From Candidatus Levyibacteriota bacterium (GTDB lineage: Bacteria > Patescibacteriota > Microgenomatia > Levybacterales > UBA12049): a stretch of 64,000 bases of DNA. This document shows positions 61,601 through 64,000 of the stretch, piece after piece. Position 1 is the first letter of the stretch; each line of letters starts with the position of its first letter. A program made the translations under genes and the position numbers. Where the stretch lies: assembly GCA_027459745.1 (NCBI GenBank), contig DAIDHL010000005.1, positions 646 through 64,645 on the forward strand, given 5' to 3'. The notes beneath the pieces were generated by a model. The model did no database searches, was not told the DNA's origin, and saw nothing but the letters and a program-made list of their open reading frames with translations.

Positions 61601-64000
61601 ACAAATCTTGGGTCGTATTATTTTCTATAATACTGCCACTGAGTGTGTTGAAGGGACTACTATTGACGGCTGGACAGGCTGCACTACCCGTTACGATACC
61701 GTTACTTGTCGTTACGCATGATGCAGAAGCAACTGTTGAACCTGCAGTACCATTCATCGTCAAACCACCAACAGATAATACTAGCAAGCCAGCGCCATTA
61801 TTAGGTGAAAGGGTAATATTACCGGTACTCGCTCCTCCAATAGTCAAATTTTGCTTGGCGGTGGTAGCCAATGTACCGGTTGAAGTAATATATAGACCTC
61901 CTGCAGATCCAGCAGACAGACTGGCGGTAGGTGTACCAGTATTTACATTCAAAACAGCAAATTTGGCCGCAGCTGTGGATGTTCCTCCAAGTAAGAAATC
62001 TTGCGTGTTAATCAGTTCTTGAATCGTTCCACTAACAGCCTGGAAAGGAGAACTAACAGTACCTGCTCCACAACTTCCCCAAATTGGAGCAGAGCCTCCC
62101 GAGATTAGACATTGACCAGAAGTATTGGTTGAAAGTGCCGTAACTACACCATTGGCTGAATTATCAGCATACAAAACAGTATTGTTCGCCCCACCATAAC
62201 CAGGAAGGTTAATAGCTTCACCACTTCTGCCCAAAGATAAGGTAGTAGCGTTTGTATTACCAATATTTAATATTCCTGATGTAATTGTATCTAGACCAGA
62301 ACCTGAACTTACCTTCACATTACCATTCTGACTGACAATAAATCTACTTAATCCACTGGTACTGGCTGCTAATAAATCACCACTGCCTGAATTATCAACA
62401 ATCAAACCAGCCATATTAGTGGATCCGGAGATAGAAGCAATTGGAGTAGTAGCTGAATTGCCTCTAACATCCACCGTCGCCAACGGAGCAATCGTATTAA
62501 CTCCCATGCTGCCAAGTCCACTTATAGTCATCAAGGCTGTAGTGGCACCATTATATACAGTCATACCACCAGTTCCTGCTATTCCGTTGGTAGCATCATA
62601 ATTTATGGCCAGCATACCTGCACCCTGTGAGTTCAAATTCAAATTGGCATTACCCAACGCAGCCGCAAAGCTACTAGCAGCGCTAGTCAAAGTAGAAGCA
62701 CTAGTCTTGGCTTCAAAATCATCGAAATTGGCTGTAAATTGTTGTGTTTGTGATACAGTTACCCTAACACGTATGCCAGTCACAGCAGTTCTTGAGGGAA
62801 TTGAGGTAATATTACAATCCATTTTTTGCCAACTACTTGGACTGGTGATATTCATCGTACCCACCCCGTTAAAACTACAGGTCTGCCAATTTGGTGACCC
62901 ACTAGTTCCGGTATTAATATCCATAGTCAGGTATGATCCGGCAAGAGTAGAATACGCATAAAAAACAATATCATTCATGTTACTCATATCCATAGGCGAA
63001 AAGTTGGTTCTAGCAACATTATAAATTGTTTGGTCTGAATTAATTTTTGCTTTATAAATAGTGGCTTGTGTTGAGGTTGTCATGCCACCCACCAAGTATC
63101 CATAATTATTGCCACTATTATCTGTAAACCCAAATGCTCCAGCATTGGCTGTAGCAGTGCCTAGCTGATAATTGCCCATTGTACTGACAGACGTTACATT
63201 CCCACTTCCATCAAGTGTGGCCTTATATACAGTTGTTTGTTTGGTACCGCCAGTTGTGGTTCCACCTAGTATATATATGTAATTATTTGCACCAATTGTC
63301 TGGAAGAAAGCAGATTCACCATATAATGCTGTAGGTAATGTTGCTTGTCCACTGGTTGTTAGGCTTGTAATATTGCCATTAGCGCTGTTAATTGTGCCTT
63401 TATAAATCGTATTCTGCGCAGTCGTCCCATTTTCTCCACCAATTACCCAAATATAATTATTCCCACCGATATTCCCTGTGACAGTTGCATGGTGAGAAAT
63501 TCCAGTAGTTAATTGTGATTGACCAGATGCCGTAGGTGTTCCCAAAGTACCTGTTAACGATGCTGTAATATTATAAACTGTAGTTTGATCAGATGTTCCA
63601 TTATTGCCTCCAATCACATATATATATGTACTACCATTGATTATCACTGCATTAGCTGTTGCACCAAATAATGCTTGAGGTAGGGGATTTGCAGCCGAAG
63701 AAAATGCAGCCACATTCCCAGTATTATAATCTACAGTAGCCTGACTTATGGTAGATTGAGCAACTCCAGATGTATTTTCCCCTCCCATACTGTATAACAT
63801 CGTTGAATATGGAATAGATAAATATGTAGTAGATCCTCCTGATTGACCTCCTACTGTTGATATAGTTCCCGGCGTAACCGATTTCACATAATTTAAGAGG
63901 ATTTTGCCTGCTCCACCTCCCATTGAACCAGTACCTCCATTTGCAGATAATGAACCATTATTTACAACATTCGTTGCAGCAAGATGAATAAGTCCTCCAC
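58686..64000 (-). CDS. Giant Gly/Ser/Thr-rich surface fibre/adhesin, 5' truncated (>1770 aa)
   Basis: The frame stays open to the window edge (GGLIHLAATNVVNNGSLSANGG before Met 63923). Kelch-like IYVIGG repeats, four long internal repeats, GADVAENY plus a peptidase-G2/intramolecular-chaperone-like domain, a coiled coil, and C-terminal FNWWIIN. Confidence 0.88.
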   Translation of the reverse strand, partial: GGLIHLAATNVVNNGSLSANGGTGSMGGGAGKILLNYVKSVTPGTISTVGGQSGGSTTYLSIPYSTMLYSMGGENTSGVAQSTISQATVDYNTGNVAAFSSAANPLPQALFGATANAVIINGSTYIYVIGGNNGTSDQTTVYNITASLTGTLGTPTASGQSQLTTGISHHATVTGNIGGNNYIWVIGGENGTTAQNTIYKGTINSANGNITSLTTSGQATLPTALYGESAFFQTIGANNYIYILGGTTTGGTKQTTVYKATLDGSGNVTSVSTMGNYQLGTATANAGAFGFTDNSGNNYGYLVGGMTTSTQATIYKAKINSDQTIYNVARTNFSPMDMSNMNDIVFYAYSTLAGSYLTMDINTGTSGSPNWQTCSFNGVGTMNITSPSSWQKMDCNITSIPSRTAVTGIRVRVTVSQTQQFTANFDDFEAKTSASTLTSAASSFAAALGNANLNLNSQGAGMLAINYDATNGIAGTGGMTVYNGATTALMTISGLGSMGVNTIAPLATVDVRGNSATTPIASISGSTNMAGLIVDNSGSGDLLAASTSGLSRFIVSQNGNVKVSSGSGLDTITSGILNIGNTNATTLSLGRSGEAINLPGYGGANNTVLYADNSANGVVTALSTNTSGQCLISGGSAPIWGSCGAGTVSSPFQAVSGTIQELINTQDFLLGGTSTAAAKFAVLNVNTGTPTASLSAGSAGGLYITSTGTLATTAKQNLTIGGASTGNITLSPNNGAGLLVLSVGGLTMNGTAGSTVASASCVTTSNGIVTGSAACPAVNSSPFNTLSGSIIENNTTQDLLLGGTSTASADFAFININSGTPTASISAASGNNAAYLTGLGVLATTNDHSLTLGSATTGNILLAPLNNIAGGYVGPNSNNVTDLGTSAIAFRNIFANTFYAGGSVGQTIASAGCVTTVGGIVTGSGACPSGGGANILNSIGGTISEAITTQDLLLGGVSTPSAKFAFINVNSGTPVASISAGVAGGLYITADGTLATTANQGLNIGNATTGNLTLKAGNGTGVLALSTGSLTMNGNAGATIASAACVTTVNGIVTGSASCPGGGGGGSSPFNSTGALITEGNLTQDVLFGGSATSSAKFAFNVYNGDLIQTSSETTGNVATLSANLLTTGNELSLVSNSNALTSGSLLNLSYTGNSAFTGGLSSLAWNPTVATTATGDLLDLNVGSNGTLTNIFNVQNAGTSVFAVTQNQVIASEPLQVTTPGDLSVAYDINLTNPMNSFIKSSSNIYIRPGEPFNSSNLILDPYNKGMVVADAESFMTTGAATVSGQFVLGAQNPPIAPNLFGQAYMTNSQVFGKALLTLNQTESADIFTASSSGTPLFRIDNSGNTRIVASLCVKATMSTACSGSTAGTIYATSTTITGADVAENYISSQTLIPGDVVVMANDGNSNAIVKATSQNQTGLLGIISSSPGVTVNSEAKTDSTHPNLYPVALVGRVPVNVSSANGTINVGDPLTSSSTPGVAVKATAAGVIIGRALAIYSDSNPNDVGTILVYSNVSWYDPTVYITSSGNVSTTTPNSGTTGTPTLEQQVAGLQTDNTAIHATLDDHAALIASLSARLSALENATMSALPNQLFATGSANFASSDQLDIKTATISGDLMVGGRTTLNDVGVTGIITDGLITIDGLNGKIDSLGQPLQLQSEALADIQLEGSSVIISTTGDVSLQGTLTASKVNITPDALNPSVGVATISAGLTSVTIPTNIVSSTSLIFVTSQTKGSGALYVTKKSAKTSFTVDMDTPKNTPVVFNWWIIN

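Noticed and set aside
58693-62961. Several plus-strand ORFs of 60-202 aa
   Set aside because: Antisense shadows of the Gly/Thr/Ala-rich giant gene with no independent signals
58686-64000. Prophage tail region
   Set aside because: No capsid, terminase, portal or integrase genes in the window; neighbours are cellular surface-protein genes

Overview
AT-rich bacterial window using genetic code 11 (TGA is used as a stop). Gene content and style resemble Patescibacteria/CPR, probably Microgenomates; this is an inference. From left to right it contains: (1) a ~13 kb surface-glycosylation locus with GT2 enzymes, a Wzx flippase and seven GT-C-type polytopic glycosyltransferases; (2) tRNA-Glu, orphan genes, histidine kinases and response regulators, murI, an RRM protein, lon with a CIRCE-like operator, an unannotated KGG stress peptide, DsbA and FKBP; (3) tRNA-Gln followed by an accessory block with a GLUG/LysM protein, MntP, a CDF-type protein, a processive GT2 + GH18 pair, an EXLDI protein and a VOC protein; (4) an OmpR/HK pair with apparent target genes; (5) an atypical F-type ATPase operon; (6) two giant surface proteins, the last truncated by the window edge. 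The main finding is the ATPase operon. It has no subunit a. Its c-like subunit lacks the ion-binding carboxylate and is fused to an exported domain that aligns without gaps (31/67 identities by my count) to a domain in the neighbouring giant fibre protein. This suggests an ATP-driven, non-ion-pumping rotary machine coupled to surface filaments. All family assignments are from motif recognition by eye; no database searches were run.
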